A stretch of 64,000 nt of DNA from Macrostomum lignano (Eukaryota). The DNA lies in assembly GCA_002269645.1 (NCBI GenBank), contig NIVC01000728.1, forward strand, positions 250,422 through 314,421. Direction: 5' to 3'. Position numbers and translations under genes: made by a program. Shown in pieces: positions 23,317-36,208 of the stretch (position 1 is the first letter of the stretch; the number at the start of each line of letters is the position of its first letter). The notes below the pieces were generated by a model. The model saw nothing but the letters and a program-made list of their open reading frames with translations, was not told the DNA's origin and did no database searches.

Positions 23317-23920
23317 ATGAAAAGTAGCGACAAGTGGTGTTGTAAAAGTTATTAAATAGGCGGGTTAGAGGGGAGAGAGAGTAGGCAGGTAGATAGAGAG
23401 CGTACGGTATGTACACTTGGTGTGAGTCGATAAAACACTATTAGAGTTGAAAATGCAAAATAAAAAACAGTGCACAAATAAAGTGAACCGCACGTGGGCT
23501 GCAGCGATCCTACACACGAAATAAATAATGGAATAGTGCGACTGCACCGGTGTCTAAAAAGGGGAAAGAGTGACTCTAAGCACTTTACAAAATTGACCTC
23601 AATAAATAAATAAGCAGTAAATCAATAAATAAATAAATAAGGTGAAAGGCCCTCAAAAACTTAAAAAAGAGCAATTGTACGATAAGCAAAAGAGTAAAAG
23701 TAAAAAGTGTAATAAAAAGTACAGGGTGTCAAGAAACAATAGAAATGTTGATGCAGAATAAATGCTGAGAATATACAAAAGCTGTGCTTGGGCTAGCGAT
23801 GAGAATAAAAAAATTTCTAAGAAAGGAGCAATAAAAGGCTTGGTAGGTATCGGCACGGTCTGACAAAGGTAAGTAGTAGGGAAAGTGAAGTAAAAAATCA
23901 AAAGGAAAAAATAAAAAAAT

Positions 23921-26209
23921 TCAATCAGTGGTGGACTCCAGTCGACTGGGACAGAGCAGCTGCCGGAGGTTCCGCCCTTTGGTGTAGGCGGGCAGCACCG
24001 GCGCCTCGCAGCACCGGGCCACGCGGTCCTTCACCGCGGCCACCAGGGCGTCCGACCTCGCACAATGGGGCAGGATCAGCGGGATGGCCGGGTTGTGCAG
24101 CGTGCCGGCAAGCTCGTTGACGCCGTACGGGGTTTGAGTCTTTAACACCTCGATGAGCTTGGCCTCGTGGCGCTGCCGCCGCTCGTTCGCTCTGGGTCCC
24201 GTGCCGTCACGAGACCAGATGCCGGTGAAGGCGAAGTCCGCCAGACTGTGGCCATCACTGGTGAAATGGCGGGCCACCGGAGTGTCACGGGCGTGCCGGA
24301 TGTCGCCGATGTGCGCCAGCATGCGGCCGCGGATGCTGTTGGCGGTCTCGCCTACGTAGATCGTGTGGTCGCACCGGCGGCAGAACACGGCATAGACGGC
24401 GTTGGTGGCGTTGCAGTCGATCCGCTGACTGATGATGAGCTGGACTGTCGTGGCTGCTGATCCGGGGCAGACGGAGGCGAACCTGGCGTGCGCCTGGCAG
24501 CACCTGCACAGCCGGGTCGGGTTGCACGGCAGAAAGCCGAATTCCCACCGTCTCGTCGGGTAGAAGCCCAGCTCCGTCAGCATCTCGTACTTGATCGTGC
24601 GCAGGAACCGCCGATTGTAGCCCTGGTGTTGCACCAGACTTGAAAACAGCCCGGTGCACGCTGCGTCGAAATCGGCCATCAGGGAACACCGCCGGGCGTA
24701 TCTGAGGAGCTGGGACTTCACCACGCCCCGGAACGTCCGCTTCGGGTGGAAAGAGTCGCGGTGAATGAGCGTTCGGCTGTCGGTCGGCTTAAAATACACC
24801 TTAGTTGCCAGGCGCTTAACGCCACCCTCGCGGTCCCAGAAGACGGTGGTATCCAGGAAGTTGACCTCGGTGCTGCTGTAGCTCAGCTGCAACCTGATGT
24901 TCGGGTCGAGGCCATCCAGGAGCTCTTGGAAGCGGACCAGCTCGTCTCTCGTTCCGTGCCAGACGCCGAAGATGTCGTCGATGTAGCGCAGCCACAGGGC
25001 GGGCTTCTGCGGGCTGAGCTCCAGGCCCCGCTGCTCCCAGTAGCCCATGTAGATGTTACTGTAGCTGGGCGCAAACGATTTTCCCATGGCCGTGCCTTTC
25101 ACTTGCAGAAAAAATTTGCCATCGAACTCGAAGTCGTTGCGCTCCAGGTTCAGCTTGAGCAAACTGAGGAGGCTCGCGTCCGGGCGCCTGGCATCCGGGT
25201 GCTCCCTGAAGGCCCTCTGTACGCACTCGAGTCCGGCCGCGGTCGGGATGTTGGTGTAAAGGCTGGCGACGTCCATGGTGAACAGAAAGGTCGCCCCGCG
25301 CCGGGCAGGTGATGTCTCTGATGGCCGCCTGGAAATGATCGGTATCCCTGATGAAGCTGGGCAGCTGGATGACGATCGCTGCAGGAAGCTGTCGATGAAG
25401 CGGCCGCTGGCATATGATTCGCTGTCCACGTCAGACACGATGGGCCGGCCTGGCGGGATGTCGCCGAGCGGCCACGACTCGGCAGGCTTGTGAATCTTTG
25501 GCAGGATGTAAAAGCGTCGCGTCCGGAACTCCTCCTTCGGGCAGAAGGCGGTGAACTGGCGTTTGTCGATAAGCCTGCGGTCCAGTAGCGACTGGAAGAC
25601 GGCGCGGATTCTCTGGGCCGTGAAGCGGTTGATCGGCTCGTTCAGAGGCCGGTAGAAGGCCGGGTCGTCCAGCTGACGCAGGCATTCACGGACATAGTCC
25701 TGCCGGTCCAGGATGACCAGCTGGCTGCCCTTGTCGGCCGGCTTGATGACGATGGACTTGTCTGCCCGTAGATCTCGCAGTGCCTTCGCCTCCGCCTGAC
25801 TGATGTTAGGAGCGTTCCTGCAGTCCCGGATGTTCTCCCTGACGTCGTCCAGCTCCGCCAGAGCGGCTTGAATTTCGGGCCGGAGGCGGCTCGGATCGAT
25901 GCTGGCCGTTGGGCGGCGGGGAAGCGGCGGACCGTCGTTCACCGTCAGTTCGCGCTTGAAGCCGCGAGCCGCCGACACGGCCAGACGCTCGCCAAAGTCG
26001 CGGACGCCGGACGCCAGTGACTCCGCCGAGGTGCACCGAGGAGCCACTACGAAGGACTGGCCGCGCTCCAGCAGTTGCAGTTCAGTCGGTGCGAGAGCGC
26101 GGCTGGAGAGGTTCGTCACCCTCAGTTGGGGGGCCCATGGCTCGCCCCCGGCCCGCTCAGTTTTTTGGAAGGTCGCCCACCGTCTCCAGGGTGACGGCGA
26201 ACGCCCCAT
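23921..26209 (-). CDS. PLE reverse transcriptase - GIY-YIG endonuclease polyprotein (likely internal compensating frameshifts)
   Basis: N-terminal VTNLS...LLERGQSF; FYILPKIHK; GRPIVS; FTMDVASLYTNIP; QVKGTAMG...APSYSNIYM; LRYIDD; VYFKPT; Cys linker PCNPTRLCRCC; GIY-YIG NAVYAVFCRRC...YVGET, RHF, PYGVNE. Confidence 0.95.
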   Translation of the reverse strand: MGRSPSPWRRWATFQKTERAGGEPWAPQLRVTNLSSRALAPTELQLLERGQSFVVAPRCTSAESLASGVRDFGERLAVSAARGFKRELTVNDGPPLPRRPTASIDPSRLRPEIQAALAELDDVRENIRDCRNAPNISQAEAKALRDLRADKSIVIKPADKGSQLVILDRQDYVRECLRQLDDPAFYRPLNEPINRFTAQRIRAVFQSLLDRRLIDKRQFTAFCPKEEFRTRRFYILPKIHKPAESWPLGDIPPGRPIVSDVDSESYASGRFIDSFLQRSSSSCPASSGIPIISRRPSETSPARRGATFLFTMDVASLYTNIPTAAGLECVQRAFREHPDARRPDASLLSLLKLNLERNDFEFDGKFFLQVKGTAMGKSFAPSYSNIYMGYWEQRGLELSPQKPALWLRYIDDIFGVWHGTRDELVRFQELLDGLDPNIRLQLSYSSTEVNFLDTTVFWDREGGVKRLATKVYFKPTDSRTLIHRDSFHPKRTFRGVVKSQLLRYARRCSLMADFDAACTGLFSSLVQHQGYNRRFLRTIKYEMLTELGFYPTRRWEFGFLPCNPTRLCRCCQAHARFASVCPGSAATTVQLIISQRIDCNATNAVYAVFCRRCDHTIYVGETANSIRGRMLAHIGDIRHARDTPVARHFTSDGHSLADFAFTGIWSRDGTGPRANERRQRHEAKLIEVLKTQTPYGVNELAGTLHNPAIPLILPHCARSDALVAAVKDRVARCCEAPVLPAYTKGRNLRQLLCPSRLESTTD

Positions 26210-26515
26210 CAGCAGACTGTCGCTCCAGGCTGATCTGGTCCCGTCGGAATGTCAGGACCTTGGTGTCCAGCGAGATCAGGCTGACAGATCGGTAGCTGCT
26301 CAGGAGCTGGTTCGTCTTGCGACAGTTACTCTTCTGGAGCGCCGGCGCATCGGGGGGCACACGGTCTGCACCACCCAGATTGACGCGCCGGGGAAAGCCT
26401 TCCTGATGTTGGTCAGGCTCATCTTCCAGAGCTTGGCGATGGAGAAGTCGAAGCTCTCACGGTGGAGGTCGTTGTTGCCGGCCCAGACGATGACGCGGCC
26501 CGTGTCGGGACTCGC
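26157..26515 (-). pseudogene. 5'-truncated, frameshifted upstream ORF of the PLE with SGNH/GDSL-hydrolase-like features
   Basis: Two track ORFs (26300-26587, 26157-26360) join at ~26358 into RVIVWAGNNDL...LTNIRKAFPGASIWVVQ...ALQKSNCRKTNQLL...TFRRDQI. The GxND block III and (R/K)xxFPxAxIxV patterns are SGNH-like; block I (GDS) is lost at the 26515 junction. Confidence 0.6.
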
Positions 26516-27159
26516 ATTATCAAATGCGAGAACAAGCATTATGTACTCAAAGTACTCGACGTACTTGCACGTACTTGCAGAATGCAATAATTACGTCGTA
26601 AAACTAATATTGAGGCTTGCTCCCACAATACAGAGAATTTTTGTGCAATGGATTCAATTTTATATTGCGAGCGTAGAAAAGATTTAGAACCTGTCATGGA
26701 CATCGAAACTCACCAATAAATTTTAGCTGTCCATGGAACAAGTGATGATACAGAAGTCTTTTGTGATAAGAATCCTGAATTTACTGATTTCACAATTTCT
26801 TAAATATGGAGAATGAGAATGAAAATCGATAAGAATGTGTGAAAGTGGGAGTGAGAATGTAAGTGATAGTGAGAGTGAGTGGTAGTGAGAGTGAGAGTGA
26901 GAGGGAAAGTTAGAGGGAGGAGAGTGAGAGTGAGAGGGAGAGCGAGAACGAGAGTGAGATTGAGAGCGAGAGTGAGAGTGAGAGAGAGTGAAAGAGAGTG
27001 AGAGTCAGAGAGAGTGAGGGTAAGAGTGGGAGAGAGAGTGAGATCGAGAGTGAGAGCGAGAGTGAGAGTGAGAGTGAGAGCGAGAACGACAGCGAGAGTG
27101 AGAGTGAGAGCGAGAGTGAGAGTGAGAGTGAGTGAAAGAGAGTGAGAGTCAGAGAGAGT

Positions 27160-27201
<42 letters not shown>

Positions 27202-27234
27202 GGGGGAGAGAGAGAGAGAGAGAGACAGAGAGAG

Positions 27235-27309
<75 letters not shown>

Positions 27310-27381
27310 GATAGATAGAGATAGAGAGAGAGAGGGGGAGAGAGAGAGATAGAGACAGTGAGAGACAGAGAGAGACAGAGA

Positions 27382-27435
<54 letters not shown>

Positions 27436-27454
27436 GAGAGAGAGAGAGAGAGGG

Positions 27455-27488
<34 letters not shown>

Positions 27489-27513
27489 GACAGAGAGAGA
27501 TAGAGAGAGAGAG

Positions 27514-27611
<98 letters not shown>

Positions 27612-27757
27612 GATAGATAGAGATAGAGAGAGAGAGGGGAGAAAGAGAGAGAGAGAGAGAGAGACAGAGAGAGACAGAGAGAGATAGATAGAGATAGAGA
27701 GAGAGAGGGGGAGAGAGAGAGATAGAGACAGTGAGAGACAGAGAGAGACAGAGAGAG

Positions 27758-27805
<48 letters not shown>
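26516..27805. repeat. 5' copy of duplicated block plus longer (GA)n-type microsatellite
   Basis: See partner block at 22366. Confidence 0.95.
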
Positions 27806-27808
<3 letters not shown>

Positions 27809-28307
27809 CAAATGATGTATATGCTGGAAAGTATAGGCCTTTTAAAGTCCATTCACCGTGAGTCACCTAATAGTCCGGTAGATAGCCCACAAAATCGAAG
27901 TTCGCGGAAGACCAGACGGGAAGCTGCTTCCACTTCATAGACAGAAAAATGCTTCCCAGGAAGTGAGGTTGGCTTGTTTATTCCCGTTTATGAATTTCGT
28001 AACAATTTGGCTCTGGGGACAGGGCTGTCCGCCTGCAGTTCCTCTTTTCTGTACCAGTGCATCAAAACTCGACATCGGATTGGCAGATCCTCAGACTCTC
28101 GCTTCCTTTAATCACTGGGTCTTAAATAATTTCGCGAAGGATGCTCAAAGACAGTGAAGTTGATCTGCAGCTGTCATTAAGATTTGAATTGATTTTTATT
28201 CTACTGGTGAACTCAGTAGCTGAAACACTGGCTGCGATGATTTTTCTGAATTATTCACTTGTAATCCCCTGTATTATAGACCAGATTTATGTAGCAGATT
28301 TGATGCT

Positions 28308-29232
<925 letters not shown>

Positions 29233-30703
29233 CTAATACACCAAGACGCTAGGACACTAAAACAGATAGACACGCAGACACAGACGAATGGACACAGATA
29301 GAGGACGTTTGAATATCAGTTGCATGTTTTCAAAGGCTTATGAGTTTCTATTTCGGCAGATAAATTTTAAGCGTGACATACGAAGCAGCTACTTTAAGTA
29401 GAAATTAGGAAATATGTGAAGTTTCCGACTATCATGTCATAATTGTGTTAATCTGTTGTCTAGAGGGGAGTTTTGACGGCAGAATCGCTTATTTATTATC
29501 AAGTTTTTTATATCTTAGTTTCTGAACTGGCAGACAAATGTTAAACATTGAGAATTCACTGTCGGAGTAGAATAATGCTAGGATCTGCAAGTTCCAAAAT
29601 TATCGATTTCTCTGGCGGTAATTTGACACTCCTCCCGCTCACAGAGCGATAGCTCAACCGAATCGAGGACCTGCCCTAGAAACCAGGGCCCATAAACCAC
29701 TGCGCGGTTTTATTACCCCCCCCCCTGGTGGCAACAGACGACAGTTATAGGGATATGGATATGTAATCGTCCCTCCGCCTACTAAGTGGGGAATTGAATT
29801 TCGCTTCAATTATTTAAGTCAACAGTGCATCAAGTTAGGCCTGCAGTGCAATTTTCAACATGACCGCCGGGCATTGTTGCAGAGCCCGGCTACTAGCTAT
29901 TTATTTTTTGTTAAAACCAACTTATTAAAAGTTATTTCGATGGCTTGTTCCTATACTTATTAAAGTAATTGAGATAGCTGCAATAGAGATGAAAGTGAAG
30001 AGATAAAATTGATGAGAGAGATGAGGGAGATAAGAGAGATGAGAGAGATGAGAAAGATGAGAGATAAATAAGAGAAATCAGAGATAGAAAAAAAAGATGA
30101 GAGAGGTGAGAGAGATAAGAGAGATGAGAGAGGTGAGAGAGATAAGAATGAGATAGGAGAGAGATAGATAAGAAACAGATAAATTGAGAGATAAGAATGA
30201 GATAGTAGAGAGAGAGGTTAGAGATAACAGAGGCAGGGAGAAGATGATCCCACATTCAAAAGGCAGATGCTGTCTGTGCTCAGGCGGGCAAATGGGAGTT
30301 TCTCAATGAGAGCATTGCAACGCAGTCTCTCCAGCTCAGCATCCCAGGTGGGAGCCGAAAGCATGCTGGCAAATGCGGTGACATTTAGCGGGATTTTTAT
30401 CCCCAAGCTCAGCATCTCTCTCTGCGGGCCTGAGAAGGCCACCCCTTTCAATGGTTGAATTGCTGCGAGTCGCTTTGCCATCTTTCTTTGCGGGAAGCGG
30501 AGCCATTACTGGAATTATTGCTTGGGATTTTCATGCAGGTAGGAAAAGTATAGTAGCAGAGCTCCATTAGTGTGCAATTAATCCTCGTGTTTGGAGTAGT
30601 CTATTTTTCCTCTACTGAAACCAGATAAGAAATCCCGAGATGGAGGCTTGAAATTTTTATTTTCTGCTTTTTGAGCTAAGAATTCAGAGTCAGTTTTATT
30701 ATC

Positions 30704-33140
30704 AGGGAATCGGGAATGGAGAATAAGGAAAACAACAGGGAATCGGGAAGAGAGAATTAGGAAAACAACAGGGAATCGGGAAGGGAGAATAAGGAAAACA
30801 ACAGGAAATCGGGAATGGAGAATTAGGAAAACAACAGGGAATCGGGAAGAGAGAATTAGGAAAACAACAGGGAATCGGGAATGGAGAATTAGGAAAACAA
30901 CAGGGAATCGGGAAGAGAGAATTAGGAAAACAACAGGGAATCGGGAATGGAGAATTAGGAAAACAACAGGGAATCGGGAATGGAGAATAAGGAAAACAAC
31001 AGGGAATCGGGAAGAGAGAATTAGGAAAACAACAGGGAATCGGGAATGGAGAATAAGGAAAACAACAGGGAATCGAGAAGAGAGAATAAGGAAAACAACT
31101 GGGAATCGGGAAGAGAGTATAAGCAAAACAACAGGGAATCGGGAAGAGAGTATAAGGAAAACAACAGGGAATCGAGAAGAGAGAATAAGGAAAACAACAG
31201 GGAATCGGGAAGAGAGTATAAGGAAAACAACAGGGAATCGGGAATGGAGAACAAGGAAAACAACAGGGAATCGAGAAGAGAGAATAAGGAAAACAACAGG
31301 GAATCGGGAAGAGAGTATAAGGAAAACAACAGGGAATCGGGAAGAGAGAATAAGGAAAACAACAGGGAATCGGGAAGAGAGTATAAGGAAAACAACAGGG
31401 AATCGGGAAGAGAGAATAAGGAAAACAACAGGGAATCGGGAAGAGAGAATAAGGAAAACAACAGGGAATCGGGAAGAGAGAATAAGGAAAACAACAGGGA
31501 ATCGGGAATGGAGAATACGGAAATTAACAGGGAATCGGGAAGAGAGAATAAGGAAAACAACAGGGAATCGGGAAGAGAGTATAAGGAAAACAACAGGGAA
31601 TCGGGAAGAGAGTATAAGGAAAACAACAGGGAATCGGGAAGAGAGAATAAGGAAAACAACAGGGAATCGGGAATGGAGAATAAGGAAAACAACAGGGAAT
31701 CGGGAAGAGAGTATAAGGAAAACAACAGGGAATCGGGAAGAGAGTATAAGGAAAACAACAGGGAATCGGGAAGAGAGAATTAGGAAAACAACAGGGAATC
31801 GGGAAGAGAGTATAAGGAAAACAACAGGGAATCGGGAAGAGAGTATAAGGAAAACAACAGGGAATCGGGAAGAGAGTATAAAGAAAACAACAGGGAATCG
31901 GGAAGAGAGAATAAGGAAAACAACAGGGAATCGGGAAGAGAGTATAAGGAAAACAACAGGGAATCGGGAAGAGAGAATAAGGAAAACAACAGGGAATCGA
32001 GAAGAGAGAATAAGGAAAACAACAGGGAATCGGGAATGGAGAATAAGGAAAACAACAGGGAATCGAGAAGAGAGAATAAGGAAAACAACAGGGAATCGGG
32101 AAGAGAGAATACGGAAAACAACAGGGAATCGGGAAGAGAAAATACGGAAAACAACAGGGAATCGGGAAGAGAGAATAAGGAAAACAACAGGGAATCGGGA
32201 AGAGAGTATAAGGAAAACAACAGGGAATCTGGAAGAGAGTATAAGGAAAACAACAGGGAATCGGGAAGAGAGAATAAGGAAAACAACAGGGAATCGGGAA
32301 GAGAGAATAAGGAAAACAACAGGGAATCGGGAATGGAGAATAAGGAAAACAACAGGGAATCGGGAAGAGAGAATAAGGAAAACAACAGGGAATCGGGAAG
32401 AGAGTATAAGGAAAACAACAGGGAATCGGGAAGAGAGTATAAGGAAAACAACAGGGAATCGGGAATGGAGAATAAGGAAAACAACAGGGAATCGGGAAGA
32501 GAGAATAAGGAAAACAACAGGGAATCGGGAAGAGAGAATTAGGAAAACAACAGGGAATCGGGAAGAGAGTATAAGGAAAACAACAGGGAATCGGGAAGAG
32601 AGAATAAGGAAAACAACAGGGAATCGGGAAGAGAGAATAAGGAAAACAACAGGGAATCGGGAATGGAGAATAAGGAAAACAACAGGGAATCGGGAAGAGA
32701 GAATAAGGAAAACAACAGGGAATCGGGAAGAGAGTATAAGGAAAACAACAGGGAATCGGGAAGAGAGTATAAGGAAAACAACAGGGAATCGGGAATGGAG
32801 AATAAGGAAAACAACAGGGAATCGGGAAGAGAGAATTAGGAAAACAACAGGGAATCGGGAATGGAGAATACGGAAAACAACAGGGAATCGGGAAGAGAGT
32901 ATAAGGAAAACAACAGGGAATCGGGAAGAGAGAATAAGGAAAACAACAGGGAATCGGGAAGAGAGAATAAGGAAAACAACAGGGAATCGGGAAGAGAGAA
33001 TAAGGAAAACAACAGGGAATCGGGAAGAGAGAATAAGGAAAACAACAGGGAATCGGGAAGAGAGAATAAGGAAAACAACAGGGAATCGGGAAGAGAGAAT
33101 AAGGAAAACAACAGGGAATCGGGAAGAGAGAATAAGGAAG
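30704..33140 (+). repeat. 33-bp minisatellite (GAATAAGGAAAACAACAGGGAATCGGGAAGAGA), ~74 units
   Basis: Visible; 2.4 kb array. Confidence 0.98.
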
Positions 33141-33686
33141 GTTAAGGGAGTTTGGACAAATAAAGCAGATAAAGTGATGGATCTGTGTACTGACATTGGC
33201 CTCCTGCCCTCAGCAACTCAATTGACTAATTTCAATTCATGCTTGCCAGAGTCAGCAAGAGTCAGTATGGTTGGTAACGCATAGTAGCGTTATTAAAAAG
33301 CCATATGATGAATATTTCTGACTCAGGCTGCACGCCTGCTCCCGCACTTGCGAAATTTATCAGATCCCGGGGACTCAGCATCAGTACCATCACCTTCATC
33401 GGGCTCCGCTCCCCAGTCTCTCCTGTCCTCATCACTGCCGATCGGGGAAATGCGGGCCTTAATTCCTTTAAAATTGCTGCTGCCTTAAGCAGCCTTTATT
33501 TTTTTTACCATCAATGGCCCTGGAAACTCTCTGACTCATTTTGATTCTGTGTGTTTCTTCGGTTTCCAAAGAAATTCGTTATTTTTATTGGCAACAGAAA
33601 AGCAAAATTTGTTGTCTTGCTTAGTTTTTATTGATGGCGGTTAACAATTATTGAGGATTGGGAACTGGAATTAGGCTATTTAGTAT

Positions 33687-33975
33687 TAGATCCCCACTCC
33701 TTAGATCCCCACTCCTTAGATCCCCACTCCTTAGATCCCCACTCCTTAGATCCCCACTCCTTAGATCCCCACTCCTTAGATCCCCACTCCTTAGATCCCC
33801 ACTCCTTAGATCCCCACTCCTTAGATCCCCACTCCTTAGATCCCCACTCCTTAGATCCCCTCTCCTTAGATACCCTCTCCTTAGATCCCCTCTCCTTAGA
33901 TACCCTCTCCTTAGATCCCCTCTCCTTAGATCCCTCTCTATAGGTCCCCTCCCTCTTAGATCCCCTCTCTTTAAA
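33687..33975 (+). repeat. 15-bp minisatellite (TAGATCCCCACTCCT)
   Basis: Visible. Confidence 0.95.
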
Positions 33976-35189
33976 TCCTTTCTCCATTGGATCCCTTATA
34001 GGTGATCCCCGAACAGACTTAACTGGAGTGGCCAAGAATCTTTGGCATGCGAGAGACACGAAAAACGGCTTCATACTCTCTATGGAATGAAGCTGAAGGC
34101 TCGGGCATCGCCTTGGCCAAATCCACTGCCTCACTCCCAAGCACGGAAGCGAAGCTTCCAGGTGGGCGCGAGACACGTGAAGAAAAGGATGGGATAAGCG
34201 AAGCGCCTTCCCCAAACCCTCCACCATCCATTTTCCTCGGCCTCCCCCTCCAGGGTTTCTAACGTAATTCCAAACTTTTTGGAGCCTCGCGGAGCCCCCA
34301 CATCCCGGCCGGCCCTTAAGTTTTCGTCCTATCCCACGCGTGTATGGGGAATTAAAGAGCTTTGAGTTGATGATGAAGATGCGGAAGAATCTCGGGACTC
34401 CCCCCTTCCCAGCTTCCGGGAATGGAGAGAGAGGGAGCTCCTCAGCTTAACTTAGCTGCATCCGACTCTTACAGCTCAAAACCCACAGCAAGTTGATGGG
34501 CTCTAGCTATTTTCTAATATTAATACATAGTAGTAATAGAATTTATATAGAAGCACACTCGGGTTATAAAAAGGCAGATTTAAATATTGCTGTGTAACAG
34601 ACTACCAGAGCCTGCAATTTTTAGTCAGCAATGAGAGAGGCAAGCGAGAAACAATTTCTGACAACCGCGAAAGCAGAGAGACAGAGGTCAGAGAGAGAGA
34701 GAGAGAGATGATGCTCAAGGGAAGCTGCAAGAAGTCTAACCCAGCCCCAGCCACCAGCACCACTGGTCTTTTGTGTCTGTCTAGATGAGCGGAACGACAG
34801 GGGTGCAGGGGGTTGAGGGGGGGGGGGGGTTGAGCGGCGGGCAGCCATGCGGAAACTGCTGGGATGGGGTGGTGGGTGAGGCAGAATTGCGGGGGGCTAA
34901 CATAGGTGCTGCTATAGCCATTTATCTGGCTACAGAGCGCTTTACTGCTGCTCAGTCACCAGCAGGCACAGTCAGCCTCGTATATAACAAATAATAGACC
35001 AACTTGACTCAAACTTAGTTGAGCTGCTAGCATTTCTTAACTTTGTATTTTTTATTCGACAAGACAGAAGGACGGCGGGGTGCATACCGAGGGGCGGAGA
35101 GTGCACCTGTTGAGAGTCTGCTCAAATAAAACACTCGATCTTTCTTCTCTTTGCCGCCAAAGCGCTCCGAACAGTTCTATTTTTTTCTT

Positions 35190-35226
<37 letters not shown>

Positions 35227-35479
35227 ACAAAAAAGATGAAGAGAAAAGAATAGAAAATTTAGTTTAGACAAAAAACCTGCTTGCCTTTTTCTTTCTGCGC
35301 GAGAGGGCAGTTCGATATGAAATAAGATGTAAATGCCCTTTGTGACACTGTATTGTACATATGAGTGAAAGAGACTTCTGGTCACTCCCAGCCGGCATTG
35401 TCACTCCCAGCCGGCATTGTCACTCCCGACCGGCCTTGTCACTGCCTAACTTTGTCACTCCTAGCTGCCCTGTCACACT

Positions 35480-36208
35480 CAGTCTCAGTCACTCCTAACT
35501 GTTCTGTCACTCTCAGTCTCAGTCACTCCTAACTATTCTGTCACACTCAGTCTCAGTCACTCCTAACTGTTCTATCACTCTCAGTCTCAGTCACTCCTAA
35601 CTATTCTGTCACTCTCAGTCTCAGTCACTCCTAACTATTCTGTCACTCTCAGTCTCAGTCACTCCTAACTGTTCTGTCACTCTCAGTCTCAGTCACTCCT
35701 AACTGTTCTATCACTCTCAGTCTCAGTCACTCCTAGCTGCTCTGTCACTCTCAGTCTCAGTCACTCCTAGCTGCCCTGTCACTCTCAGTCTCAGTCACTC
35801 CTAACTGTTCTGTCACTCTCAGTCTCAGTCACTCCTTACTGTTCTGTCACTCTCAGTCTCAGTCACTCCTAACTGTTCTGTCACACTCAGTCTCAGTCCC
35901 TCCTAACTGTTCTGTCACTCTCAGTCTCTGTCACTCCTAACTGTTCTATCACTCTCAGTCTCAGTCACTCCTAGCTGTTCTGTCACTCTCAGTCTCAGTC
36001 ACTCCTTACTGTTCTGTCACTCTCAGTCTCAGTCACTCCTTACTGTTCTATCATTCTCAGTCTCTGTCACTCCTTACTGTTCTGTCACTCAGTCTCATTC
36101 ACTCCTAACTGTTCTGTCACTCTCAGTCTCATTCACTCCTAACTGTTCTGTCACTCTCAGTCTCAGTCACTCCTTACTGTTCTGTCACTCTCGGTCTCAG
36201 TCACTCCT
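35480..36208 (+). repeat. 34-bp minisatellite (CAGTCACTCCTAACTGTTCTGTCACTCTCAGTCT)
   Basis: Period 34 (35641 vs 35675). Confidence 0.95.

Larger units (their letters stand above)
22366..27805 (-). mobile_element. Penelope-like retroelement (Neptune-like), 5'-truncated, with flanking direct repeat (pseudo-LTR-like)
   Basis: RT + GIY-YIG ORF, hammerhead motif in the 3' region, near-identical blocks 22366-~23010 and 26516-~27160 each running into (GA)n. Outer boundaries uncertain. Confidence 0.88.

Noticed and set aside
26516-26587. ATG at 26587 as the genuine start of PLE ORF1
   Set aside because: This part lies in the duplicated block, whose 3' copy (22366-22437) is not followed by ORF1; the in-frame fusion appears fortuitous.
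30578-33196. 872-aa ORF (LILSSRFPVVF)n and the related +/- strand ORFs
   Set aside because: By-product of a 33-bp (multiple of 3) minisatellite lacking stops in that frame; no splice or start context.
30218-34262. Protein-like short ORFs at 30218-30481, ~33270-33500 (minus) and 34019-34262 between satellites
   Set aside because: No recognisable motif or consistent splice model. They could be exons or TE relics, but cannot be assigned without a search.
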